This document shows positions 61,966 to 64,000 of a stretch of 64,000 nt of DNA, piece after piece. Below the pieces are notes generated by a model. The model saw nothing but the letters and a program-made list of their open reading frames with translations, was not told where the DNA came from and searched no databases. This stretch comes from Cetorhinus maximus (Eukaryota): NCBI RefSeq assembly GCF_964194155.1, contig NC_135904.1, forward strand, positions 11,656,001 through 11,720,000, written 5' to 3'. The position numbers were made by a program, and so were the translations under genes. Each line of letters begins with the position of its first letter. The stretch's first letter is position 1.

Positions 61966-63278
61966 CAGTGATCAGAGTTAACGCTTATTTCATGCCTTTG
62001 TCACCTCCAGACTCAATTACCCCAATGTTCTATCTGGCCTTCCATTCTCCACCCTCTGTAAACATCAGTTCATCCATGTTGCTCCCTGGACTGTATTTTG
62101 CACCAAGTCCCACTCACCCATCACTCCTCTCAATGTTGACCTTCATTGTCTCCCAGTCCCCAAAGTGTCTGATGTAAAATTCTCATTCTTGTGTTTAAAT
62201 TCGCTCTTTGCTTCATCCTTCCTAACTTGACATCTCTTCCAGCCCAGTGTCATCTCCTCCACTCTCACAAACCCCTAGTTCATCTGGCTTCTCTGTAATT
62301 GACTTTCCCACCCTTTGCCCTGCCATGACTGGCCATACCTTCAGCTAACCAGACACCACAATCTGGAATTCCTCCCCTGAATATCTCTGCATCTCCATCT
62401 GCTCCTTAAGCCCACCTCTTGGACCAAGCCTTGGTCACCCTGCTTAATTGTTCCTTCTTTGGCTCAGTGTCCATTTCCCCTTATTCTCCTTATTCTTTCT
62501 AAGTTAACGGCACTATATAAGAACTATGCTACATACATGGGTACAGTACATGAAAATAGATTTATATCATTGGGCTAGGAATCCAGACCCTACCATGGCA
62601 ATTTTTTTGCCATCCTTGCCTGGACTGGCCTATACGTAACTCCAGTCCAACCCTCCTCTGCCCTCTGAAGAGATCTGGCAAACCTATTGCGTAAAGAATA
62701 AGTTGATGTTGTCAGCATGTGTTTAAACGTAACTGGCAGATCCCGCCTGTTAGGTAATCAGGAAATCCCCAGTTTCTAACGTGGAGCCGTGTTTAAACTG
62801 GCCTTTCCCTTGAAGGCCATTTCCAGTGGGGAAAGTGGTCTCCTCCATCAGGAGTAAAAAATGAGGCTAATTTGGAGGGAGGTTTTGTTGATTATCATCT
62901 ATTTGTAAATCCCTTAGAAATAGGTACGGTTATCAAAGTCAGAAAAAGCAGCAGCTTTCTTTCCTTTTTTTATACTTAGTGTTTGACACTGAAGTATGCC
63001 ATCTGGAGTGTAATGAACTGAGACATTTATATATGAATAGAACGGGCTTTCTACTTTTCAACGTTTATTTTAAAATGCTGTTTCTTTTTAGGATTTTTTT
63101 TTGGGTTTTTACCAAATTCAGTGGTTTATTTTTCTTTCCTCTATTCAAATAAGGTCAAAATCAGCTTAAAATTGTGCCAGAAGTTTACCTGCGAAAGAAA
63201 CAGAAGCAAAATAAACCTTTTCCTTGCGCAATCCTGCAGACAGGGTTTTTATTTCAGAGGCGATCTCATTGAGACACA

Positions 63279-63479
63279 GGGCGGAATTTTACAGCCCCTC
63301 CTGCCGGCGTGATTTTCCGGTGCCGCCGAAATCAATGCACTTTGGAACGGCTGGCCGTATTTTATGGCCCCGCTCCTGCCCTGACAGGGCCGTAAAATGC
63401 GGCGGGCCATTCAAAAGTCCGTTGACTTTGGCGGGTCCGGAAAATCGCGCTGGTGGGAGGGGGCCTCAAAATTCCGCCC
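63279..63479. mobile_element. Harbinger-type foldback MITE (201 bp) inserted in a CR1 fragment
   Basis: Perfect 12-bp TIR GGGCGGAATTTT/AAAATTCCGCCC extended into imperfect arms of about 90 bp. Flanks are ACA and ATA, an imperfect 3-bp TSD. Confidence 0.8.
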
Positions 63480-64000
63480 ATATACCCTGGAAGGGCTTGA
63501 CAGGGTAGACACTTGAGAGGTTGGCTCCCCTGCCTGGGGAACCTGTAACACGGGGGTACAGCCTCAGGATAAGGGGCCGATCATTTAGATAACCAACACA
63601 GGGAAACAGCAATGGCAAAATAATCCTATTAAACAATGCATCCTACATTATAACAGTGATGATGCTTCAAAATTTAATTGGTTGTAAAAGCACTTTGGGA
63701 TGTCTTGCTTAAAGCTATGAAAGGTGCTCTATAAATGCAAATCTTTCTTGCCTTCCTAAGGGGATCTGCTTTTGTCACGGGAATTCGTTAATTTCCAATG
63801 ATGTCACAATATTATTGTGTCAGTTAGTGGCAGCACCTTCAATAAATGTCGATGAGGTGTCAGCTGTGGCTCAGTTCATAGCACCCTCGCCTTTGAATCA
63901 GAGGGTTGTGGGTTCATGTCCCACTCCTGGAAACCAAGAACTGTGATTGTACTCGAAAGAGTTGCAATCTGTGACTGTTGATAACTCGAAAGAGTTTCAA

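Overview
Eukaryotic, repeat-rich vertebrate DNA; the CR1, Deu-SINE and Penelope-type repeats suggest a shark or other cartilaginous fish (inference). Most short ORFs in the six-frame track are spurious or are retroelement fragments. The real genes are four. (1) The first seven coding exons of MORF4L1 (MRG15) on the minus strand, from ATG 32868 down to 1398; all have canonical GT-AG boundaries and give 146 codons, and the gene continues beyond the left edge. (2) An intact tRNA-Lys(CTT) at 37136-37208 (-). (3) An RXFP3-like relaxin/INSL5-family GPCR at 40682-41757 (-), uninterrupted over its visible part, whose N-terminus is lost in a 200-N assembly gap. (4) Exons 1-2 of ADAMTS7 on the plus strand (59967-61019). 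The order MORF4L1 - tRNA-Lys - ADAMTS7 matches, from memory, human 15q25, plus an RXFP3 paralogue that the mammalian locus lacks. The most notable non-genic signals are a dispersed short repeat carrying a minimal type I hammerhead-ribozyme core (Penelope-like ends), two triple-nested transposon stacks, a Harbinger family with a Myb/SANT remnant and MITEs, and a duplicated intronic segment of MORF4L1 that looks like a candidate poison exon. No prokaryotic-type systems such as CRISPR are present.
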